The notes under the pieces were generated by a model that was given only the letters and a program-made list of their open reading frames with translations, was not told where the DNA came from and made no database searches. Both the position numbers and the translations under genes were made by a program. A stretch of 64,000 bases of DNA from Phoronis australis (lineage: Eukaryota > Animalia > Phoronida): positions 131,583 through 195,582 of the forward strand of contig NMRA01000701.1 of NCBI GenBank assembly GCA_002633005.1. The letters are read 5' to 3'. Of this stretch, positions 1 to 11,545 are shown in pieces; positions within the stretch are counted from its first letter, which is position 1; each line of letters begins with the position of its first letter.

Positions 1-604
1 CAGCCCTTGGTCTATGTTCAGATGGAGTCGAACTTGCGTAAACTAGGTCGAGGGGGTCGCGGGTCGAGGAAGTCAAAGGTAGAGGGCCGGAGTCGTGGGG
101 CTCGAGGTTTTAGAACAATGCGCTCAGATAACTTAGATTTACAATAAACCCCAGAGTTTAATCCAAAAAACAACAACAACAACAACAGTAGGCTTAGGCC
201 ACTTATAAAATTGACCTCACCGTCAGATTGAAATTAATTTCTAGGCTCGAATTGTTGTTTTAGACCAGGGTCATCAATTTGATTTTGTCACGGTGGTTCA
301 GTTTCACCTGCCGAAGCAGTATGGTCGTCTAAGGATTCCCAGGCCTTTTATTGAAACTTTGAATTCAACCAACTGATATATGACAAAATGATATTGCATA
401 GAGCATACACTGTATTCACGTGTGACGAAAGTCGTTTAGACACAAGCCAAACACTTGATTCATACTGTAGCTACTTTACAGACAATTAGCTACTGGCGTC
501 AATTTGTGGTAAAGGGCGCTTAAGGCTTTCTAAAACCTAATAAAGCGCCATATTTGAAATGGAGTTAAGAGTTTTTTGTTGAGGTAGCTTTTCTATTTAC
601 GCAC

Positions 605-2301
605 AAAACAAGAGCAACGCGGAGCGTTGAAATGCGCCCATGAATGCACTGCAAACGGTGCGCTTCTAGGGTGTTTATTTGTATCATAAAAATGGCCACT
701 AGATAGTGCAAAATACTTCAAATCCATCATAAAACAGGAAAATGTCACCGTATTTTAACAGAAAGCTATTTACCACATTTCATGAAAAATCCGTCAAAAA
801 ACTTTAGCAAAACGGAAAAAATGAAATTGCCACTAGGGGACAAAGCATTCATCGGATCCGTCTGAAAGTTGTCATCTTCTGTTGTCAACGTCATATAAAT
901 ACACTTGCTAAATTTAATAAACTCTCTGCAGAGGGCTTAGAAGATATACACAGCTAAGGGCAAAAAATGCCACTAATAGGCGCCACACTTATTGAAGCCG
1001 GAAAATCATCGTCAACCGTTCTCTTCACACTAACAATACATAAGCCAAAAACAGACTAGAAAACAGTAAAAATGGCCACTAGATGGAGCAAAATACGTCG
1101 AATCCGTCTGAACACCGAAAAGTGTCACTGTTTTTTGAAAGAAAGCTATTTAACAAATTTTATGAAAATTCGTCGAGGAACGTCATCTAAGAAACAAATG
1201 GAAAAACATAAAAAACGAAATTGCCACTAGGGTTCAGTTTTAGTCGGACCTGTTTGAAAGTTGTCGTCTTCCGTTGTTAACTTCCTACAAAAACACGTAC
1301 GTGCTAAATTTAATAAAGAACCTGCAGAGGGCTTAGGAGGTACAGGTACGCCTGGGCGCAAAACAAAAACAAAAACAAAACTGCCACTAGGAGGCGCCAC
1401 AGCAGTCGAAGTCATCGGAAAAACGGCAATTGTTCTCTTTATAGTAAGAACATACATGCCATTTTTCGCAATCATGCTTAGAGTGGTTTGGTTGATGGAG
1501 GGACGGACGCTTAAAACAGACTCGAAAACAGTAAAAATGGCCATTAGGTGGCGCAAAATACCTCGAATCCATCCGAAAATCCGAAAACGGGAGGATAGCG
1601 TCACCTTATTAATAGATGCGTATGTACCAAATTTTATGGAAATCCATCGAGGACCTTTGAAGAAACAGAGGAAAACGTAAAAAAATAAAATTGCCACTAG
1701 GGGCACACCTGTAGCCCTGTCTGTCCGAAAGTCGTAGTCGTCCGTAGTCAACTTCATATAAAAACATTTGCTGCATTTAATAAAGATCCTGTGGAGCCTT
1801 TAGGAGATACAGCCATGGGCGCAAAAACAAACGCAACTGACACTAGGAGGCTCGACAGTAGTCGACGTCGTCGGAAAATCTTCGTCAACCGTCCTCTTCC
1901 TAGTAAGAACATACATGCCAATTTTCGCAATCATCCTTAGACTGGTTTAGTTGACAGAGGGGCGAACGCCAAAAACGGACTCCAGATTGCGCAAAATACT
2001 TCGAATCCATCCGAAAACTAAAGGATATCGTCACCTCATTAACAGATGCCTATGTGCTAAATTTCATCAAATTCGGTCGAGGACCTTTGAAGATACAGAG
2101 GTAAACGTAAAAAAATAAAATTGCCACTAGAGGGCACAGCGGTACTCGGGTCAGTCCGCAACTCGACGCTCATAGGAGCACACCTGCCAAATTTCAATAA
2201 GATCCTGCAAGGGGTTTAGGAGATACAGCCGCGGACGCCGGACGCCTTGACAGAGACGACGGCAACATGCATCCACATATAAATATGTGAGAGCATAAAA
2301 A
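605..2301 (-). mobile_element. Non-autonomous Helentron/HINE-like element with internal tandem repeats
   Basis: One end reads aaaacaagagcAACGCggaGCGTTgaaATGCGCCCA (hairpin plus subterminal IR). The other end has a GGACGCC/GACA microsatellite, the hairpin cacatataaatatgtg and gagcataaaaa. Internal ~120-160-bp repeats are centred on GCCACTAG. Confidence 0.8.
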
Positions 2302-4540
2302 CAAGGACAGAATAGAGTTCAACGTCAAGTTTCGAGATTTTGACTGATAATTAGCGTTGGATGCTTTTTTAAGTTTCTCTGTCATAAGATCCATGTTAGG
2401 TTCTCCACTGTTCGTACACAGTCAGATGGAACGGACGTCTCCATTCCTATGAAGCTACACGGCCAGTCACAATGAACCACGTAATATTACTGTCGACTGA
2501 TGACGACATGTTTTGATATTTCGTGATAACAAGTAGGTCTACATGTATAGGGTGCTCCTTAAATGTTTACAAAAAATGCTCTGAAACACGAATACAGCTG
2601 CAAAATGGTTTTACTGGAAATTAATTGTTTTTTGTATTCCAAAATTCCAAAGCTTCTTTCGCGAGGCACTAAATTAGAAATTGAGAAAATGTAGCCATTG
2701 GTTTTTCATCTGAAACGCCTCTCGTTCAATCCAAAATGCACATGGCACTTTACACTGTATTCTATAAAAGTGGCCTTAACTTGCTCCTTACCCAGAATGC
2801 AAGTGATTCCTGGGTCTGCAAAAACTTGGCAAGTCGTGATTCGTTTAGACCGTACTCGTCGAATAAAACAAAACGCCGATAAACAATAGTGTAAAGCCTG
2901 ATCCCGAAACAACGTTAATCATTTGTACATTCTTAGTCAGTAACAACGTATGGTTTTGGAAGTAAAGTGCATGTTTTCTTCAGTTCATCATTCGTCGTGT
3001 GCTTTATTTCATGCACGTGACGAGTGGAAGAAGCAAAAGCAGCTGAATGGCGTGCCGCAGCCGAAATGATACAACATTGACGCGACAAGACCGAAAATCA
3101 ATACACTATCCTTGATTATAGATGGCCCTACTATGCATTTGTGAGGAATCAGAATCTCGCCCATGGCACTACGTCACCCTATTGTTTAATTAATTGAACA
3201 GCGACGTAAGTATAAAAGTCTAACCTACAGCAGAACCGTTTTACTATGTATCAGATGTCCCAAAACGTGATCCAATATTTGACAAATAATTTCTCAACAA
3301 AAGATGAACCGAATTTTTTCAAATTTCTGCCAGATGAACCTTAGGATATCGTCAACAAATGTGCTAAATGTCAAAGATATGTGCCCAGTTGTGCGAGTAC
3401 TGTCAAATTAAAAACATCAAATCCAAAAAATAATATTTCAAAGTGAAGCTCGCTTATTTTAGTTTATGCTCAATATGTCCTGCATCTTCCTCCACGACTG
3501 AACGTAGCCCGGGTTCTTCCAATGCTTTTCTGCATTTCTTCCTTCGAGATTTCCTCCCCTGACATAATCATATTGTCTTTTAAAGAGTTCTCATCATGAT
3601 CCTGTGTTTCAAGAAGAATTGTATTACTATTAATTTTCTCAAGAGATTTAATAGCCCTTAGTATACCTGTTGTTAAGAAAAAAGCCAAAAATTCAAACAA
3701 AAAATAGGTTTCTGTTATCGGTGTTGTACGTAATGGGTGGAAGACCGTCTCCGCCGTTTTTGTTTTTACCAGTGTGATACTGAACAGTGGTGAGGAGAGT
3801 CCTCGAAGGGCCGCCTTTTTCAGACGTGAAAAGGTGCGTTTGTGGAGGCTGTAGTAACAGCAACTTGACTGAGAGCGTCTCTGTGTTCAAATGCCCTAAA
3901 TACGTGAAAGTTGGGCGAAAATAGCCTCGGTTTGGGAGCCGCACGAGAGCGTGGAATGTCAGTGTGTAGCATGCGATTCAGTCGAGAGCCACAGTTTGTT
4001 CGGCACATTTCAAGGATTCGTTGTTTCGACCAAACACAAAAACGGCGTTACCATGAAGCCAACTTGTGTTTTTTTTAAATTTTATAAATAATGAACTAAC
4101 TGCTTCCATTCTACAGCGAGTGATGCCAGGCCCTGGGCCCCGTCCCAGATCGAGTGCCACGACACGTGGGTTATGCATTTTGTAAAGGACTGGCGGGGGT
4201 GCATGACACTCGTGTTGTTCGTTGCAGCCGTTTAAGTGGACTTTTTACCTGCAAATTTGATACTGGTACGCTTGTAGTTTCGGAACAATCTCCTTTCTTC
4301 AGGTGTGCAGGTATGTAGTAAAACACCGAGAAACATAACAAACGTCTTCCACTCATTACATCATTTGGCGGGTAACTTGGAAAAAACTAATTTTGAGACT
4401 ATTTGGCATAAAACGTCCTCATTTACTTAGGTTTTATGATTTTCATGTCATATTAGCTACAGTAACTGAAACCTCAAAACTACGAAAATACATGGTGGGA
4501 AATCTTCAACTCCTGCTAAGTCGATTTCTCTCTTACTCTC

Positions 4541-4592
4541 CTTCAAAGAGTCACATATAGCATAGTCCATTGGATTGCAGTCAGAACTGTTG
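4541..4592 (-). mobile_element. Tc1/mariner transposase remnant
   Basis: NSSDCNPMDYAICDSLKE resembles the SPDLNPxDYxxW motif around the third catalytic Asp. Confidence 0.6.
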
Positions 4593-5018
4593 CTTAATAT
4601 AGCAATGAGTCTATTTACAGTTGTACAACTCCACCGTTTTCCAGGGAACACCCTTTCGATTCTTCCTCCGCCTCAGCTTTCTCCTTGAAACAGGTTTCAA
4701 CAGTAAAGTTATCATTTTCACTCAAAGGCATCCTTACAAACCGGAATACTGGACAGAACTGATTTGGAAAACAGCTCTGACAATAAAAAACAGTAGACTG
4801 GAGACCCAGTCAGGCATTTTTTTTGACAGCTTGAACAGGATGAATATCACAGTTATATTGAATGCTTTACCCTGAATTTCACAAAACTTTCATATTTTTA
4901 AATTTCTCAGAGATACTTTGTAGACTTGTTGATGTCACCCTGAAGATACAATGCGATGAACGAGAGGAACACACAAACTCTTCGCCATTTCTGTGGTGTA
5001 TTGACAATGTGCAACTTG

Positions 5019-5104
5019 TTAATCGTATTCAGCAGCTACACCGATACTGATGACGTCACCAATATTCTCTGTTTTATGGTACCACATGCCGTTGTGGAAG
5101 ATAA
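5019..5104 (-). CDS. JmjC-like gene exon 4 (terminal)
   Basis: ctttcttttcag|TT ATC...GAT TAA; (I)IFHNGMWYHKTENIGDVISIGVAAEYD*. Confidence 0.88.
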
Positions 5105-8100
5105 CTGAAAAGAAAGAACAAAAATCGTGACAGCATCAACAGAATAACGATCAAGGACGCGGAGTCACAGAAGGCAGGCATTCGTTCAAAACATTGAACT
5201 CTGGCCCTGGAATGCCAACTCCTGCACGTGACCAATGCATACTATGATTATATCTTGCCACCCCAAGACTAGCCGCGAGAGTTTGCACCCTGAATGTCCT
5301 GCAGTCTACAGGACTGGGTTTTGATCGAGTGTTGCAGTTATCAAATCAAGTTTGCTTCATTTTTATTTGACATTTTTTTTCATCGAGCGAGGCTCAGTGA
5401 GCTACGGTTTTAGAGAACCAGCGATTTCCGGGCAAAACTAGTCAAAAAACCAGACAATTTCATTGATCATTCTTTACACGCACCGACCCACGGCCTTGAC
5501 GTTTACCGGAAATAGTCTGGAATTTAATCTTTACTTTCTGAAGAAATGCGTTTATTTACAACGCACTATGGGAAGTCCTACACTGCAGCCTATGTAATTA
5601 TACATGTATATCCACAGTACACTTCAAACATACACAATAGTAGTTTGCTCATTTATATCGATCAGAAGGCCTTTATCTGCAAATTTGGATTGGTAGTTGG
5701 AGTAATTAGTTTATCACATTTTCTTAAACGTCACTACATCCTCAATTTTTACTGAAAGTCTCTAACAAATGGCACCAAAGTAACTTTCGATGAATGATGT
5801 CTATCTAATATCTTCACACCAACTGTGAGGGATCCATATTTTAAAATCTTTGTCTTGATGGGGTAGAAATCTTTTGAATCATTGACATATTCATTTCCTT
5901 GCTGGTTTAATTAGTAATTTTTATAGCCTCTCTGATTCATTTCCTCTTTATATTATTATAATTACTCCCTGTTATTTTCCGCATTCTGGTAACAAACTAT
6001 ATTTTTTAAACCTGTCAGATATGCGAAATGATGATTATTTGTGAATTAAATTATTAATCGTTTTCTTCTGCTATAATCATACACTATCATGAATTGACGA
6101 ATGGCTTTCTGATGATATGAGTCTTATGCAATTCGGTTGGAAAACGGAGAAGTTGCGAAAAGTTAGTGGCAGTAAATTCCATTGGAATAACCAACACCGG
6201 AAAAAAGAATGCAAACAAGTGGCACGCATGTGCGGCGCAACCTCAGCAGCGCGATATTTAAGTTGGCGTCCCAAGGCAAGAGTTCGGGTTCAAAACAAGG
6301 CGGGTGGCTTTTAGCATAATGGTGGTCTTAATTTGCAAGATTACAACCGGGCTAAAAAGCTTCAAGCTGCACCTACATATGAAACAACAAATACACCTTA
6401 TGCTACCAAGAATTTCTAGGTACCCATTTCTGGCTAATGCTACTGTGCTGGTGATGATCTCCAGAACGTTTGGCTGTGAGCGTAAGGCTGATATCAGAAA
6501 AGCACTTTTCTTTCCGATGATGTACGTTTGGAATTATCGGACCAAAACTCTGGCTCAAATACTGTCAACAGAAAAAATGAGCTTGGCACTAAGGGACACT
6601 CCTGCTCATCTGCAGCCGGACGTGATCGGCACATCAGTTATTGAATGAAAAGCCGGAAGCACTACGCAAGAGAACTTTGAAGGTGCGACTACATGTATAT
6701 TTAAAACCAAGAGCAACGCAAAGTGTTGGAAAACAACCAAGACTGCATCGCATACGGCATGCTTCTAGGCTTAGAAATGTTTATTAATATCAAAAATAGG
6801 ACGCTCAGTGGCGCAGAATACGACGAACCTGTCCAAAAACAAGACGGCTTTGTCGCCTTCACAAAACCCTATTCGTAAATTTTCATGAAAATCCGTCCTG
6901 GAACTGCAAAGATACATGAACAATCGTGAAATAGAATTGTCACTATGAGACACTGTACATGTAGTAGTCGGATCCGTCCGAAAGAAGTTGTCACCTGTTG
7001 CCACATTCATATGATTGCATTTGTCATATTTTCATAACCAACCTGAAAGGGGTTTTGGAGATACAGCTGTGCAATGCAAAAGGTTGTCCCCAAGTGGATA
7101 TCTCAGTAGTCGGACCCGTGCGAAAATCAAGGTCAGTCGTTGTGTTGTCAGGAAAAAAATCTGACAATTAATTTTCTTAACAATTTTTGGGCAATTTAGT
7201 GGATGAGGCTGACGTCAAAACATAATCGAAAATAACAAGTATTGGCATCATTCGGGGCTCATGAAATGGTGGATCCAAAGAGGGTAATTAACTATATACG
7301 CTCTCACAAAAAACTAGAAAAGAAGATTTCATGTAAAAAAAAAAACACTGTTTGGCAGCCTGCGACGGAATAACTTACTGACATCGCCTGCTTCTAAGAC
7401 CTCTTCCATGGTGGAATGACATTGCCAGTAGCACTCGCTAGGTGGCTCCACATACCACTTCTTTCGGCCATGCAGCTGCGTATGCCACTGAGGGCGAAAG
7501 ACTGGGTCGATCTGAATTAAAAAGCGGAGGGCAATTAATTTACAAATTTAGCACTAGAAATTGAATACGCGAAACCCATGGCAACAGCAAAAAACTGACA
7601 GTTTTATAATGCAGTTTCTTAAAAACGGCTGACGGTGACCATGCAAACTTCACGTTAAGGTACGGATTACCATTGCATGTACCTCAAAATACCCACCTTC
7701 AAGGACTAGTCAGATTCCTCAAAACCAGTAGTTACAAGGTTATTTCCTTCTCATGTACATATAATACCCAGATTTTATGTTGCTGCAATCAGTTTTACGG
7801 AAATTTTGACTTCAACTCGACAACGTCAATTAGCTTATTTCACAATGTTCATGTTAACACAAAAAGGAGTTTTAACACCATGGAATCGTTCCACAAGTAC
7901 ACGCACTTGCTATTAGCTAAAACTCCTTTCACTTACATGCATGCTGTATCCTAGCTTCGGGCTTCCCATGAATGTCCAAAAAGTTCGGGAACTCTCCGTT
8001 GACGGTGGGAGGAATGTAGGAAGGAATAGTTCCTTGTATCGTTCGGTCACTTTCCGGTCACAATTTATCCTGAAGAAAATGTTTCAAAATGGTCAGAACA

Positions 8101-10098
8101 TTTACGTATTCATTACGTCAGTCAGCCAAATTTCCAGAACAATCACTTGTCCTTTTAATAATTGATATTGATATTTGCAGGACGTTTCTTGGTTTACGAT
8201 AATAAGAAATTGGATTTAAACTGGTAGAGACATTGTTAATGTTGGTAAAAAAAAATAGCAAAAAGCAAGTGTTCTCATTAAAAGTACATGGCAATATTTC
8301 ATGTAATCTCGTGAAGTCTTGGTTTTTAGCGAGGTCCTACCTTACATATAGGTCCTAGCGTTACTGAACTCTACCCCGGATTTAGTGTTGTTTTCGTTTT
8401 TTAAACATGCATAGTTTGCGCATCCTTGTCTGCTGTTATGGTTGGCGTTAATCAGGGCGTAAACGGACACGACCAGATTTCTTGCACAAGCAGCCTTGTA
8501 ATTACAAAGCAAAACTGTACGATCTGGATTAAATTGAAAAAAATGAAGAAAAAAGATAGTGGAAAAGGATTTCAGCAAATGTTTGGACTTGCAACAAAAA
8601 CGTCACTTGGCAGATGATAGAGTGACGGTGACCCGCAGGGCTATTGCGCAGACTGCAGGACAACATGTATTTGATTTGGTCACAGCGTCACTGACCGGAA
8701 TAATTTCCTAAAATAGCCAATTCTGTTACACTAAGAACTCCCTTTCGTCAAAGAAAGTACAACTTTGATTTAGACCACTGCATTTCGCCGGTGTTTAGAT
8801 GTCAGTTTTGAATTCTTACCAAAGCTCTATGTCGTTTATAAACATTGCTAAGATTATCAGATCTTGAAGTGCTGCAGAATGAGCCGGCAACTCATGTTAT
8901 TGGCAATGCATACGTGCGCCACTTTCGACTATGCAATTTTAGGATTCGCCAATCGCAATAAACTCTGAAGTTTTTTCTTGACTCCCTGATGGTTTCGATG
9001 TCCTTGTTGGCATCAGAAATAAAATCCAATCACTAATTTTAGAGACTAATTTTATTCGTGGAGAAAAATGCCTATCGATTTTCGTTTTTCAGCCACCTAA
9101 AAAGGGAGAAATGCGGATTCGGTGGATGATAACACTCGTCTCAACTAGTTTTTTTATTTTTCAGATGAGAAATGATTTCTGAGCTTGGAATGAACTGACT
9201 GCTACAATAGTCGTTGCTTGAGATTGGACGATTCGTAGTAACACGCGCGAGCCTTCTCTCAAACAAGACTGAGCTATCAGATTTACCAAGCACCTAACAA
9301 TGCCTTCAAGGAAAATGACGAAACCAGTTGAATAGCTGCACTAGTATGAATTCATGTTTAATGGAAAGCGGGTTATAACAAATTTAAAAGCCCATTATGC
9401 CTACTTAGTACTTACCATCCTGCGTACCAGGCTTCTTCCGTATCTCCATGGGCAAGTTGGCGTTCCGCGCTCATATTTAATAAGTGCCCTAACGTAACCA
9501 TGTCTTCGCCTGCCTTAGGCTGGTATTCACAACGCTGGTGGTTGTTTGTCAACGATGGACTGTTTGGTGGGTACAAGTCTTTGATAAATTCAAAGTCTAT
9601 TTTCCTGCCGTTCCCATCGACCAGTTTCTGGTACCTTTCCACAATGACTGGACGACCGGTGAAAGCGTATCTCTCTATGAAAAGCTCTCGCGTCATGTTT
9701 TGAACTCTCTCAATGCGTGTGACATTCCGACAGAAGTCGCAGAACAGCGGTGGACGAATGGTGTTCAACGTGATTGCGTCCAAGGGTAGGAAACAGAAGT
9801 AACGATCCAAATCTTGTCGTGTGACAACTTTCAAGATGTTGAACATGGTCCTCCGATGCATGGGCCAGTGGAAGTAATAAATGAACGTAAAGCACAAACT
9901 GAACAGCATGCAGAATAGAGCGACCCCTTTCACAACTTGTTTGACAAATCGCCGAATACTAGTAAGCTTTCGCAGATCACCGAGACTTGGCGACCCCGAG
10001 AATTGATCAATTGTCATTTCTAGTTTACTCACTTTGCGCCTGATGAGCTGAAACCCAGTCTTCATATGCTTTCTTCGTGTTTCATTTATGCCCGACAT
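5019..10098 (-). CDS. Spliced gene: membrane-anchored JmjC/cupin-like 2-oxoglutarate/Fe(II) oxygenase-family protein, ~344 aa (uncharacterised invertebrate type, loosely JMJD8-like)
   Basis: Four GT-AG exons join in frame (1035 nt, stop TAA): 10098-9416, 8069-7937, 7511-7379, 5104-5019. Motifs: TM segment GVALFCMLFSLCFTFIYYFHW, FCDFC, YAFTGRPVIV, WYAGW|INCD, WTFMGSPKLGYSMH|ID (HxD), QLHGRKKW, WYHKT (distal His), C-terminal AAEYD. The start is taken as the first ATG; the ORF-track start at 10149 is a TTG. Confidence 0.88.
6703..7320 (-). mobile_element. Degenerate, truncated copy of the same HINE-like family (intron 3 of the JmjC gene)
   Basis: Same terminus (aaccaagagcaacgcaaagtgttg...gcttctagg) followed by decayed internal repeats. 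Confidence 0.7.
7379..7511 (-). CDS. JmjC-like gene exon 3
   Basis: aattcag|ATC GAC...GTC A|gtaagt; IDPVFRPQWHTQLHGRKKWYVEPPSECYWQCHSTMEEVLEAGDV. Confidence 0.9.
7937..8069 (-). CDS. JmjC-like gene exon 2
   Basis: ttcttcag|G ATA AAT TGT...ATG CAT|gtaagt; INCDRKVTERYKELFLPTFLPPSTESSRTFWTFMGSPKLGYSMH. Confidence 0.9.
8615..9025 (+). repeat. Interspersed repeat; second copy at ~24362-24787
   Basis: Shared colinear blocks gatagagtgac, actttgatttagaccactg, tcttgaa..gctg.agaatgagccg and ctgatggtttcga. Confidence 0.75.
9416..10098 (-). CDS. JmjC-like gene exon 1
   Basis: MSGINE...EAWYAG(W); donor TG|GTAAG; phase 2. Confidence 0.88.
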
Positions 10099-11500
10099 GT
10101 TGTGTCTTATTCCGTTGACTTCAAGATGACCACGAATCAGTTTACACAATGCTCACTATCGCAATGCTGCTCTTCTTTATAACAATCTATTTTGCATTCC
10201 GCTGGTTACCGCCCGGCCTACGTACATGTAAGCAGTGTTTACACAATGAGCTCTCAACCAGCAGCAAACTGATTCACCACTTTATGAGTGTGCAAACCGA
10301 GTCACCTATGATGTGCTTGTCTGTCTGCAGGAGAGACATTCACTGGTTCATCTGCTACATTAACAATAGACCTGTATTCACAGGCTATTTATCGGTTCAG
10401 CGCCCCGACATAAAAAGAATGTGTAAAACGTGACCTGCGGTGCAGGGTTCTCCTACTCTGCGGGGTAATAGACGTTTATACATGTACATAGCTCTTTTTA
10501 ACGGCACCGATACATGTACGTAAATCTACATTATACGCAAATCCACACCCTGGTGTAGCTGTAAATTTACATCAAATTCTCATGCAGCGTAATTGCATTT
10601 TAGAGTTTCAACACCTGCTTCACGCGTTCCAGTATTGCCCAAACGCGTTTAGCTTTTCGTTTAATATCTAACACGTGAAGTAAACGTTGTATCTTCTTCT
10701 AAACGTACTTTGATTTTCAATGATTTAAATCTACTTGAAGAACTTTCTAAATTCATTCTGGCTTCAGTGTGTTTAGAACTTGAACGGTAAAATCAAGTAG
10801 ATTAAAATATAAGATGCCCCAGTCTAAACACGATCAGATTTGAACAGTGTAATGGCAAAAGTAATAGGTCTAAAGAAAGACGGTTTCAATTCATGCACGA
10901 TGAGTCTGTTCTTTTTTAACACAAATTAGTAAAAAATACAGGGTTATAATGAGCATTAAAAGTGCTTAAAATCACCAAAATCATATAAAACACAAACGAA
11001 AGAACAACCCCACCAGTCGACCAGGTGACAAATTGGAACACGAGCAAATACTATCTCACGATATGTTAATTAGCTGGTCTCGAGGTATGTATATTTCATA
11101 TAACGTTCGTGATGATAACTGCGGGTTATTAAATAGATGCATATGATATGCAACCCTGTTTAGACGAGGGCGCGAAATAACATATTTATCATATATATCG
11201 CGAGAACTATTTTTAAGACGCGCATTTACACGAATCTTCTGCGGGCTAAGCGGCAGCATCTCGCCATCTATTTAATGCCGTTGAGGAATCGCGAAGAAAT
11301 TTAAACTTACAAAGTGCGTGTTTATTCCAAGTAAAATAACAGCAATTATAAACCAATCAAAATACGGAAAATTAACATAATAACGAATTAACTGGCATAT
11401 AGTCTTCTTAACATAGACGTTGTCATTCATGTTTTGTTGCTATGATGTGTCCAGATAGCTCTACTGACCTTGTGGGTCAAGCTTGTTGATGGCCCTGATT

Positions 11501-11545
11501 ACTTGTCCTGATGATGATGTATGAGACATCGAAACATGTTGAAGT
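11501..11545 (+). ncRNA. Minimal type I hammerhead-ribozyme-like motif (Penelope-like element type), probably decayed
   Basis: CTGATGA-T-GATGT(atgag)ACATC-GAAA-CATG-TT; helix I is imperfect. Confidence 0.5.

Noticed and set aside
1227-1757. 176-aa and 139-aa overlapping ORFs
   Set aside because: Both lie inside the internal tandem repeats of the HINE-like element and have no protein motifs.
6304-6648. 114-aa plus-strand ORF in the last intron of the JmjC gene
   Set aside because: Non-ATG start, no recognisable motif and no splice support.
8615-9100. Candidate second exon of the JmjC gene
   Set aside because: There is no compatible open frame and the sequence is an interspersed repeat also found at ~24.4-24.8 kb. 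The true exon 2 is 8069-7937.
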